Positions 52,701 through 63,113 of a stretch of DNA of 64,000 nucleotides are shown here, piece by piece. A model generated the notes under the pieces. It ran no database searches and had not been told where the DNA came from. It saw only the letters and a program-made list of their open reading frames with translations. The stretch covers positions 496,001 through 560,000 of the forward strand of contig CM061255.1 in NCBI GenBank assembly GCA_022605425.2. The letters are read 5' to 3'. The translations under genes were made by a program, and so were the position numbers. Position 1 is the first letter of the stretch. Each line of letters begins with the position of its first letter. The DNA comes from Hamiltosporidium tvaerminnensis FI-OER-3-3 (taxonomy: Eukaryota > Fungi > Microsporidia).

Positions 52701-53553
52701 GTGTTGCCTCGTCATAGCATACCTGCGCAGCTTGCATGATATACGCGGCTTCCGTAATTGACTCAGGTACATGAGCTCCTGCATATTCACCGACTACTCG
52801 ATTAATGAGATCCAGAACTTTACTATCAACCAATTCATTTGGATGTTTTCTAGTTCGGACCACCACTTTTCCAATTTCGTTCTCAGAGATTTCTTTGATT
52901 TTACTCAAGAATTTATCTCTCAGGTTTATGTACTCCGTGGTGTCGGTCAAGGTGCATGTATCAGCGAGACAAGTGGCGATTCTACGTCGCTCTCCATTCT
53001 CTTCTGATTTTACATCCTTTCCCATCTCACTTTGTGCCAATTTTTTTAACACTTCGAGAGTTTCAGTGCAGCCGAATTTCTCATTATAGTACCTGTGAAG
53101 CTCTGTCCAGCCATTTCTTGGCATTCTTTCAAACCTTGTCTGTACTGCAAAAAAAACAATTCGAGGCCATTCCTTCGGGTCGGCTGTTACGGAATCGAAT
53201 ATCGTCCGCAATGCCATTAGCCTGTTACCTTCTGGAATAGCTAGAGTACAGGGGCTTGTCATGTCGTACGATGGCTCGCACGCAGAGACTTCAACCGAAG
53301 AGGGAACTGGTGCATTAGGCGAAGGTAAGGTGTCAAGCCCACTATTTTGCATTTTACTGCATGTTTGGCTTGGTGGTGGAGGTGTTATTGTTGTGTAGGA
53401 GGAGGAAGGTAGGGGAATCGCCGGTGGGTGTAGCTTACATTTTTGTATCTCACTATCACTCTTTTTCACCTCATCAGCGTCGTTTGCAGCCTTTATTTTG
53501 GTATTATTCGATATTTCGCTGCTAACATTTTTCTTTCTACCCATAAAAATAGA
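49739..53553 (-). mobile_element. Intact R4/Dong-type non-LTR retrotransposon
   Basis: Single uninterrupted ORF, (TAAA)n-like tail, and 14-bp TSD CCAATTTACAAAAA at 49725-49738 and 53554-53567. Confidence 0.95.
49783..53544 (-). CDS. Reverse transcriptase + CCHC knuckle + restriction-like endonuclease, 1253 aa
   Basis: WKAAGIDGI, YRPITC, WIDVKKAYDS, QGDSLSPLLF, HLLFIDD, YKYLG, RLYLPR..GRGL, CQHC-x7-H-x4-C, RHNEV, PD..IEV..EKLRKY. Confidence 0.97.
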   Translation of the reverse strand: MGRKKNVSSEISNNTKIKAANDADEVKKSDSEIQKCKLHPPAIPLPSSSYTTITPPPPSQTCSKMQNSGLDTLPSPNAPVPSSVEVSACEPSYDMTSPCTLAIPEGNRLMALRTIFDSVTADPKEWPRIVFFAVQTRFERMPRNGWTELHRYYNEKFGCTETLEVLKKLAQSEMGKDVKSEENGERRRIATCLADTCTLTDTTEYINLRDKFLSKIKEISENEIGKVVVRTRKHPNELVDSKVLDLINRVVGEYAGAHVPESITEAAYIMQAAQVCYDEATRKEKPRSAWKENIESKISKLVLSKDLLEKARKQEKLSTSETKSLKKIMREFNLNLSSVTDLSEALVKKNESLNVYEKKITMHESRKQFRKENRMFELFRGRFYRGLSERVEIEHVVSRDEIVSFWSTMWNKNDDTVTYDDYLIPFVSDNHPTTFPSLDEFVNIINWLPNWKAAGIDGIYNFFIKKLTTLHKYLYDIVKVICLEGTPQADWFYCGLTYLIPKGIPRRGSDYRPITCMSNLYKLTTKCVTKVVQLEVERRGLLAENQLGAVRGVQGAKEQALLNIALNKEYGNNLKATWIDVKKAYDSIDHAYLTQCIENLNLPDWILKFIKVIISKWKIDISVGPEKIMSKKIDRGILQGDSLSPLLFVLCMDPLSRKLNEKYTKVTVQTDAESHSTNHLLFIDDLKLLAKDSSTLSAMTGEAKEFLEVIGLEINKEKSATNDTCCEDTATLLEGVSVYKYLGIIEDSRGIPTRSSFEEVQSKLISRVERLCHTRLNAKNLFSAINQHAISLINYHIGVLRLEPADFSKLDDAVRAVLVKNKIHLRPGCKERLYLPRTELGRGLHSVELRSEHMLLQLLDCLEKSKEISTRRAAILKVENNNKTHLALIKGFLKVKYRLVEEVTKKSLEEAQLAKLYNEIEKRKLHSKLYNARKNELVSVSDSSRWLKRGNIRPRNEAVFCYIQDRNVFWGADGVCQHCGKSGKTVDHLATRCEKMLGHDYTRRHNEVVRCLHLLLLNRYKFKSSKRIRSHSVQEILDNEYAEIRVDTRIKTDVKIRNNRPDIFILDKKKNKITLIEVGITSQDSLQIVETEKLRKYDLLANELGLIYKCSVEIIPYVMTWDGIVTKYHKSHLKRLEIPMNVEAYIQSIVLKKTVETISFDRRRGLESGLNAEESWERASMGVIMRSEMHEEPIPPLKEAKREEDGVKILKPKNNTPLISQGGTTLEEPTNNINEESDLEEETIVVKEVEENI

Positions 53554-53590
53554 CCAATTTACAAAAAAATAAAGAAAAAAATTAATTTAA

Positions 53591-53788
53591 AAAGTGGTGG
53601 CAGCAAATAAAAAATGCCACCACCCTAAAGCACAAAGAAGTATGTAATAGTGATGTGAACACCACAAATCATCATACGCAGTGCTTTTCCAATGATTGTT
53701 TGAAATCGCTTTCTCCGGAGAGAATGCCAGCTTTCAAACTGACAAGAACAGATACTACACTTGATCAAAGCCAGTTGGCTTGAGAGGT
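53591..53788 (-). ncRNA. U2: U2 spliceosomal snRNA (~198 nt)
   Basis: Invariant GAUCAAGUGUAGUAUCUGUUCUU (branch-point pairing at 53753-53760). Stem I AAGCCAACUGGCUU; IIa GUCAG/CUGGC with a loop complementary to UUUCAAAC (IIc); IIb UUCUC/GAGAA; stem III AAAGCAC/GUGCUUU; stem IV GUGGUGGCA/UGCCACCAC. Exact ends are inferred. Confidence 0.93.
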
Positions 53789-54157
53789 AGGGGTATAAAA
53801 AAAATATTTTTTTATTTTAAGAAAATTTTTACAAAATTCATAACTTTTAAGTTATACAAAGATTTTTATTTTAAAATTTTAAAAGTGCCAAATAAAAATT
53901 TTTTATTTGAAATTATATGGTAAATAATAGATGCAATTAATTTGTTTAAATAGAGGAATAAGTTTAATTTGATTTTTATAAGGCGGTTGCTTAAAAAATT
54001 TATAATTAAAATATTTAGAAATTTTGAATCTTAAAAAAATCGAATAATGCAAGCCTTAAGGAAGATTATAGAATTTGATTTGATTTATTTTAGCAGAAAA
54101 ATTTAAAAGCAAAAATATAAAAAAATTATCGAAATCTTTGATTTTTTTTAATTTTAG

Positions 54158-54652
54158 TTATTTGTTTTTACAATTTTCAATTTTTTGTAAAATTTCATTT
54201 CTAGTATTTCTTAATTTTTGAATATAATTTGTGTATTTCTTTAAAATATTATTGTTTTTGTCGAAATCGATAGTTTCAGTTAATTTACAATCAGAACTAA
54301 CTTGTTTATCGAAATAAATATGCTTGCCGCTTGGCTTTACAATATATTTTTTGATTTTTTTCTCTGCTCTGGTAATTTCATTGTTTATAAGAAGTAAATT
54401 CTGTTTTAAAACATTTAAATCTATGCTTACTTTGATGAAATTACCATTTTCAAATTTGTATTTACTTATATCATGAAAATATTCATTACCGGTCTTTTCT
54501 TGTATATTATTCTTTACTTTTTGTATATTTTCTTGGTATTCCTTGATTTCTTTAAGTCTTAATAATGCATCTTTTCTTTTTTCTAATTTTCCTAAATGTG
54601 TTCTACTTTCTAATTGAACTCTTTCTGTGTATTTACAGTTTCTATTAGTCAT
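54158..54652 (-). CDS. UTP11: U3 snoRNA-associated protein Utp11-like
   Basis: YTERVQLESRTHLGKLEKRKD..LR...EKTGNEYFH and KHIYF match Utp11 motifs (ER.Q...R..LG.LEK.KD, NPDEFYF, KH..F). Confidence 0.75.
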   Translation of the reverse strand: MTNRNCKYTERVQLESRTHLGKLEKRKDALLRLKEIKEYQENIQKVKNNIQEKTGNEYFHDISKYKFENGNFIKVSIDLNVLKQNLLLINNEITRAEKKIKKYIVKPSGKHIYFDKQVSSDCKLTETIDFDKNNNILKKYTNYIQKLRNTRNEILQKIENCKNK

Positions 54653-55341
54653 TTGAACGGTTAAGAATTACAAATTTTAAAAACTATTTAAATTTTGTAG
54701 TTAAATTTAAGAATCAATCATGTAAAAGGAGTTTTCTTAAGAATATTTTTTGGAATTAGAAGTTCATTGAATACCCAATGAAAATCAATTAAAAAAAACA
54801 TTGGACCTTTTATTAGAATTATACTTTGAAAATTTGTTTTTCATAGACGAGTGGCTTTGTCCACTAAATATATTTTGAAAATAAAAACAGGTTTATCGAC
54901 TCTTTGATAAAAATAAATCGCAAAATTATTTGTTTTTCATTTTTAATTCCATTATATCGAAAGTCTGCTTAATTATTCTTTTGTATTCTGGATCGATTCT
55001 TTAAATCAATACTTCTATTGACATTTTAGGATTCTAAACATAAAAATTTATTTAAATTTGTCACAATCTATCATTAGTTTGTCATGGTATATAACCAATT
55101 TTAATCCCAGACTTTATAAATACACACATATGTCTTTTTTACACATACATCTCAATTAATCGTTGATAAGCGATTTCTTAAATCAAATAAATGGAATAGT
55201 CGTTTTTTTGCAGAATCTGAAAGAAACATTTTCTTTAAATTGGGTCTGAAATGCCAAACATTTGTTGCAATTGTGGTATTATTTATACAAAATATAAAAA
55301 TTATATTTATAATTTTAATTTAGTAAATTCTAGAAAAGAAA

Positions 55342-56063
55342 TTTTATTAAAAATATCAAATCTTTTTTAAAAGAAACGATGGCAAGTGTTGTATTGTTGA
55401 TGAAATGTACACAGTTTTAGAATTAACATAAATAACTGTTACCTGATACTCTATCGGTACCCCCTATGATACCTACATACCAAAGCAGTTCATTTAAAAG
55501 GTATTTAGAACCGTTATATAAGCGAGGCAATTACCCAGTGTTCTTTGATGACTGTTGCATGGAGTTTGACCGAAGACTGAAGCCATCTTAAGCCAAATCA
55601 TAATATAGAGGATTCACACTTGCTCTGCACCTTCTGATTCTCGTAAACTTCTAGCCAATATATATTAAGAGCCTTACTTGAGGTGTCCCTAGATAGTACA
55701 AGCTAAACCAACATGTATAACCCGCAACTTAGCTCACCTGGCTGTAAAGAGGTTTGTAATTATATCTCGTAGGCGCGCAGTCTTCTAACCCGAGTGATCA
55801 ATCCCATGTTTCCATGCTTTTATATAGAAATTAAATATAGGTTCAGCCTTGGGCTTTGATCTAGCTACATAAAAAACTACAAAATATAATTGTGGAAAAA
55901 GTTTCAAAATTTTATAGATCTCCTCCTCCTCATAAAAATCCCATGAAACAACAGAAATTAGGGTGTGGTTTTATTCTCAAAAGGTCCAAACAATAATATC
56001 CACACCAATTTCACATACTCATTACCAAGCAGATGGTTTTTTTATTGATTATCATCCCTCCAT
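55342..56063 (-). mobile_element. ~730-nt repeat, diverged copy F
   Basis: Reverse complement begins ATGGAGGGATGATAATC..CTGCTTGGTAATGAGT, contains CACTCGGGTTAGAAGAC, CTCCATGCAAC and TGCCTCGC, and ends AACACTTGCC..TTAAAAAAGAT. Confidence 0.85.
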
Positions 56064-56099
56064 CTTTAAATTTAAGAAGTAAGATACATTCTATAGAGG

Positions 56100-56280
56100 T
56101 TTATTTAATAAAAATTTGTTTTAAAACCAATTTCACATCTTTATGCATTTCCTTCTACCTCCTGTACCACTATTTTTTCCTCTTTTAAATCCGACTCTTC
56201 ATTTATGTTTATTGTTTGTTCCTCCCCTTTTTATATTAGGTTGATTAATTTTTGTTTAGACATGTTTAACACTATCTTCG
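56100..56280 (-). mobile_element. Short 3' stub of the R4-type LINE
   Basis: AAATCCGACTCTTCATTTATGTT and TTATTTAATAAAA match the LINE 3' end. Confidence 0.65.
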
Positions 56281-58065
56281 AGTTTTTAACTAAGCGAGCT
56301 TTATACATTTAAATTCAGTCTTATTTTTTTTTAATTTGATTGTGGAATGATGGGTTCGACAATCAATAGCCTTTTCTGTGTTTTGTGCAATTTTTTTTTT
56401 CAAAACATATATACCTGTGGCGGTTATTTATGTTTGAATAATTTATATCGTAAATAAAAATCAGCTTTTTTAGGTATTTCCATTCATTAGTCAAATTCAA
56501 AGCTGCAGGTTCAAAAAATAAAATGTATTTGTATATTTTTTTTTGCTGTAAAGAATTTTTCGCCTGTGATTATATATCATTCGGAAGGTTTGAGCGGTGT
56601 AAAACATTTGATGCATTTCATTGCAAAAGTTTCATAAATTCGACATAGATCTTAATACGATAGAATTTTTTTTTATTCAATTATATATTGTCGTTTCGGT
56701 TGAACGGAGCATCATGAAGCTATATAATTGGTTCAAATATGACTAAGTTACTTGATGAGATTATCTTCATTAAATTATCTAACATTGATGAGAATTGCTA
56801 ATTAATGATAAGTTATATTATTGGTCACGTATAGATATTAATATACGTAGATTTTAAATAAATTTGTCTTTCACAGTAATGTTTTATTTGCCTTGAAAGA
56901 AATCAGTGGTAGGTATCGCAAATCCAACCCCATCCATAACTCAGACCATCCATTACTTTGTAGAAAACAATGCTAAATGAGCTATGCAATCCCGACAGCA
57001 ATCGATAAATTTAAAGGGGCTTTAAAAATATTTTTTTAAACTCGAGAATTGGGGGGGGGACATATTTAGCGAACTGAAAACATTTAAAACATTTTGCTGC
57101 AACATAAAGCAACTCTGCTGTGTCTGAAGTATGGACTAGTACAAAGGAACGAAATTAATTCAATCCAGTCATAGACTTGAATACAACTAAGTATTTTTTT
57201 AAAATGAAATGCGATCCTGTGGTGATTGTAACGAATCGCGTTTTTAGCTTAATATATTCCCGTTTTCAAAAGAGCTTTTATCAAACAAAAATATAAAGAA
57301 GATATAATACCATGTTTTAGCCTGTTATTTGACTATATTTGATATTCTTGATTGATATTTTTTCATCCCAAACTAAATAATGAAAAGTTTATTGTGTAAA
57401 AAAAATATTATAGATCTCTTACTTTTATTTTTTTTAGTTTTTGATAAATGAAATATTTGAAAAAAATAATTTAATCCAAAAAAAGAACACAAATACATTT
57501 AATTGAGGATAATTTTAAATAAATCCTCTGTCTTATTGTCTAATCAAATTATTTATACAGTTTCTGTTCTGTTTACGCAATCTTTTTTTTACAAATTTTC
57601 GGAAAATAGTAAACAATTTGAAACTACATAACTTGCTTTAATTTATGTCATTTGTGATGTTTTTGTGCTTTATTTTGCTTCAAATGTCATTTAACACCCT
57701 ATTTGTAAGTAATGTATTGATTAGTAATTTACGGATATGACATATATTGTATTCTAATTGTAAGATTTTAGTTTGTCCAAGAAACATAAGTATATAAATA
57801 TGCTAATTGTTAGATCTAAAATAAGTATCAGCTAAAAAGTCTGCAATTAAGTTAGATTTAAAAATAGAACAAGCGTTTATTCATGGTGTTTTCGAAAAAA
57901 AGAATTCATATATTTTTAAATTATAAATAGTAAAAAATCCAATTGATAATTTATTAAATAATTTTTTAATCAAATCTTTTGATTGAAATTTTTTCATCTT
58001 TATCGGTGAAATTCGGATTTTAGTTTATTTTGACATAATAATGCTTAAATGTATAATTGGATATC

Positions 58066-61000
58066 ATGGGTAGAAAGAAAAATGTTAGCAGCTAAACATT
58101 AAAAAATAATAAAATAAAGGCTGCAAACGACGCTGAAGAGGTGAATAAAAGTGAAAGTGACATACAAAAATGCGAGCTACACCCACCGGCGAATTCCCTA
58201 CCTTCCTCCTCCTGCACAACAACCACACATCCACCACCAAGCCAAACATGCAGTAACATGCAAAATAATGGGCTTTTCACCTTACCTTCGCCTAATACCC
58301 CACTTCCTTCTTCAGTTGAAGTTCTGCGTGCGAACTATCGTACGACATGACAAGCCCCTGTACTCTAGCTATTCCTGAAAGTAACAGGCTAGTTGCATTG
58401 CGGACGATATATGATTACGTAACAGCCCACCCAAAGAAAGCGCCTCGGATTGTTTTTTTTTGTAGTACAGAAAAGGTTTTAAAGAATGCCAAGAAACTAC
58501 TGAACAGAGCTTCACAGGTTCTATAATGAGAAATCCAACAGCGCTGTAACTCTTGAAGAAGAATAAATATTAGCACAAAGTGAGATGGGCGCAAGTAATA
58601 TCAGAGGAGGATGGAGAGCGACGTAGAATCGCCACTTGTCTCGCCGATACAAGCACCCTGACCGAAACCACGGAGTACATAAACCTGAGAGATAAATTTT
58701 TGAGTAAAATCAAAGAAATCTCGGGAAAAGAAATTGGAAAAGTAGTGGTCGAACTAGAAAAAATCCAAATGAATTGGTTGATAGTAAAATTCTGGATCTC
58801 ATTAATCGAGTAGTCGGTGAATATGCAAGAGCTCATGTACCTGAGTCAATTACGTAAGCCGCGTATATCAAGCAAGCTGCGCAGGTATGCTATGAAGAGG
58901 CAAAAAGTAAAGAAATGCCTAGATTCGCTTGGAAGGAAAACATAGAAAGTAAAATGTCTAAGTTAGTACTTTCCAAAGATCTCCTCGAGAAAGCTCGTAA
59001 GCAGGAAAAGCTTTCCACTTCCAAGACGAAAAGCCTAAGAAAATCATGCGAGGATTTAATTTGAACTTGAAAAGTGAAACTGATCTTTCTGAAGCTTTAG
59101 TTAAAAAGAATTAGTCTTTGAATGCTTACCAGAAAAAAATTACAATGCATGAAAGTAGGAAAAAATTCGGAAAAGAGAATCGTATGTTTGAGCTTTTCCG
59201 AGGTCTATTTTATCGTGGTTATCTGAGCGTGTGGAATCCGAGCATGTGGTCAGTCGTGATGAAATTGTGAGTTTTTGGTCTACAATGTGGAACAAAAATG
59301 ATGACACATTCACGTATAATGACTATTTGATTCCTTTTCTATCAGATAATCATCCAACCACGTTTCCTTCACTTGATGAATTTGTAAGTATCATTAATTT
59401 GCTTCCCAATTTAAAGATCCCAGAATTGACAGTATTTATAATTTTTTCATCAAGAAACTTACAAATCTTCACAAATATCTTTATGATATTGTGAAGGTTT
59501 TATGTTTAGAAAGAACACCTCAAGCTGATTGTTTTTAGTGGGGGCTTACTTATTTGATACCCAATTGAATTTCAAAAAGAGGCTCTGACTACAGGCCAAT
59601 CACTTTTATGTCCAACCTCTACAAGTTAACGACTAAGTGTGTAACGAAAGTCGTTCAACTTGAAGTGGAAAGGCGAGGGTTGCTTGCAGAGAACCAATTA
59701 GGGGCGGTAAGAGGTGGGCAGGGAGCAAAAGAGCAGGCTCTACTGAATATTGCCTTAAATAAAGAGTATGGAAATAATCTTAAGGCAACATGGATTGATG
59801 TTAAAAAAGCTTATGATTCAATAGATCATGCTTATTTAACTCAATGCATTGAAAACCTTAATTTACCTGATTGGTTCCTGAAATTTATTAAGGTAATTAT
59901 ATCAAAATGGAAAATTGATATATCAGTAGGGCCTGAAAAAATCATGAGCAAGAAGATTGAGAGAGGGATTCTACAAAGAGATAGTTTGTCACCTTTGTTA
60001 TTTGTGTTGTGTATGGATCCATTAAGCCAAAAGCTTACTGAAAAATACACAAAGGTGACAGTACAAACAGATGCAGAATCCCATTCTACTAATCATCTCT
60101 TGTTTCTTGATATCTCAAGCTCCTTGCTAAAGACAGTTTGACATTGAGTGCTATGACAGACGAGGCAAAGGAATTTTTAGAGGTGATTGGCTTGGAGATT
60201 AACAAAGAGAAGTCAGCCACAAATGATAAGTGTTGTGAAGATATTGCTACTCTTCTAGAAGGTGTTAGTGTTTACAAATATTTAGGACTAATAGAAGACA
60301 GCAGAGAAGCTCCAAACTGTAGCTCATTTGAAGAAGTACAAAGCAAACTTATATCAAGAGTTTAAAGTTTTTGTCAGACTAGATTAAATGCGAAAAATTT
60401 ATTTTCTGCAATCAATCAACACTCGATATGTTGATCAATTATCACATAGGAGTATTTCGACTTGAATGGCTGACTTCTCTAAGTTAGATGATGCAGTGCG
60501 TGCGGTGTTGGTGAAGAATGAGATACATCTCCGCCCAGGATGAAAAGAGCGTTTGTATCTTCCTAGAAAAGAACTTGGAAGAGGCTTACATAGTGTTGAG
60601 TTGCGAAGCGAACATATGCTTCTGCAACTCTTGGATTGTCTGGAAAAAAGTAAAGAAATATCAACTAGACGAGCAGCAATCCTCAAGGTGGAGAATAATA
60701 ATAAAACCCATCTTGCACTAATAAAAGGCTTCTTAAAAGTAAAGTACAGGTTGGTAGAAGAAGTCACTAAGAAAAGTTTAGAAGAATCTCAACTTGCAAA
60801 ACTATTTAACGAAATAGAAAAACGAAAACTCCATTCAAAGTTATATATTGCAAGAAAAAATGAGCTTGTGAGTGTTAGTGACTCTTGAAGATGGTTAAAG
60901 AGAGGAAATATTAGGCCACAAAATGAAGCTGTGTTCTGCTATATCCAGGATAGAAATGTATTCTGGGGAGCAGATGGTATGTGTCAACATTGCGGGAAGT

Positions 61001-61856
61001 CTAGTAAGACAGTAGATCATCTATAAACTCGTGCTGAAAAAATCCTTGGTCATGACTATACTAGACGACATAATGAAGTGGTTAGATGCCTACACCTTCT
61101 TCTTCTAAATAGATATAAGTTTAAGTCCTCAAAACGAATAAGGAGCCACTCAGTTCAAGAAATTCTTGATAATGAGTATGCAGAGATAAGAGTGGACACC
61201 AGAATTAAAACTGATGTGCAAATTCGGAATAACAGACCGGACATATTTATTTATGATAAGAAGAAGAATAAGATAACACTCATTGAAGTAGGAATCACTT
61301 CCCAAGATTCACTTCAAATAGTTAAAACTGAAAAACTTAGGAAGTATAACCTATTAGCAAATGAGTTAGGTCTTATTTATAAGTGTAATGTTGAGATAAT
61401 CCTTTATGTGATGACCTGGGACTGTATTGTGACAAATACCATAAGGCATATATTAGAAGACTAGAAATACTAATAAATGCAGAGACATATATATAATCCA
61501 TAGTGCTATAGAAGACGGTCGAAACAATTTCTTTTGATCAACGAAGAGAACTTGAGCCAAGACCAAATGCCGAAGAGAGCTATGAGAGAGCCGAATTAAG
61601 TGATATTTTATGAGCTGAGAGGCATAAACAACCTCACCTCCTTTAAACCAAGTAAACAACTAGGAAGATGGTGCAAAACATTTAAAAGGAAAAAATGACA
61701 CACCCCTTATTTCAGAAGGAGGAACCACAGTTAAAGAACCGACAATAAATATAAACGATGAGTCATATTTAGAGAAAAAAAATGAATAGTTAAAATGATG
61801 GAAAGAATTATTTAAAAAAGAGAAAATTTGTTAGCCCAGAATTTTAATATAATAAA
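58066..61856 (+). mobile_element. Full-span but inactivated R4-type LINE copy
   Basis: Begins ATGGGTAGAAAGAAAAATGTTAGC like the intact copy. ORF fragments 58141-61464 tile the 1253-aa protein. Multiple stops and frameshifts; family tail near 61835-61856. Confidence 0.95.
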
Positions 61857-63113
61857 TTACAGCCAATTATAATAATTGGGAATTATTCATAATGCCTGGG
61901 CAATTTAAGAGGTAAACTAATGGAAAGTTACAAAATGATAAATTTAATAAAAATATTCTAATTGCTTGGAAATTTCGAATATAGATAGGAATCAAATGCG
62001 CAACTTGTTGCAATTTGTATTTTTTCCTTTTATAATCACGATACATTCAGGCGTTCTTCTAAAAGATGCTTCATATCACTTAGATCAGTTTAATTCGGTT
62101 CACGAATTTTATTCTTTGGAAAAACAACGAACATTTATAAAGAAATACTGCAACAATTTTTTTCTAATCAAAATTAAAAAAAATAATTTTATGAAAATAA
62201 TCGTGTACTTTTTGAAGTTTAGGGTAGTACAAACAACATACCTTAAAGCATTGCTGATTTGACTACAAACATTAAACTAGGCACATTTTGCCAAATACTT
62301 ATCGAGTTATTAAAGTGACTATAGAAGTTATACTTGTATTAATATTAATCAGGTTATGTAATAAATAATGTTAGTTTCGTAAAATTATTAAAATTACTAA
62401 TTTTATCAAGCCTTATTCATAATGTATAGAATAATCAGGTTGTCTGCACTATATAATTTTATTTACTTTTACAGAACCGCCATATGTATTGTAAAAAGCC
62501 TTGATTTCAAATAACTTATATTAATTTAAAAATTTTTATTACTTCACAAATACGCTCTTGATTCATTAGAATTGATCATAGTTGAGATTGATGGTATTCT
62601 ATAAATTATTTGAAATGTTACTATGCGCTTCTTAATAGTACGTTGTAAAAAAAATATTTTTAAAGCTTATAATTTTTAAAGGTAGTAAGTAACTATCAAT
62701 GTGCTAATTTTTAACAGTAAGATTGCAACCGATTATTTATTCAGAGTTCGATTTTAATAATGTTTCTCTTTTGTTATTAATTAGAGATTTCATTTTTGTA
62801 CTATCAATTCATTTTGTAAAATAATGAATATTAAGAAGTACTAAAAACCAGGATAAACTTTTTCCTTAGTTGTTGTTAATTGCTGACATGTATAAAAATC
62901 TTTAAAAATATATCGTTTAATATATAAAACGATGAAAATGAGGTTAAAATATGTATTTATCATAGCTGATTATAAATTTTAAAGTTATTTTCGACAAAAA
63001 AAGAAGGATTAAATCGATTGTATTCTTATATTTGTGATTTGTCAAATTATCAAGTTTTTATACTTTTATTTAATTTTCTTAAAAAAAATTTAATAGTAAT
63101 TTTTTTTTCTTGC

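Noticed and set aside
53591-53788. Utopia/Keno-style insertion within U2, or a U2-LINE retro-chimera
   Set aside because: U2 is uninterrupted through GUAGUAUCUG, and the TSD lies between U2 and the element.
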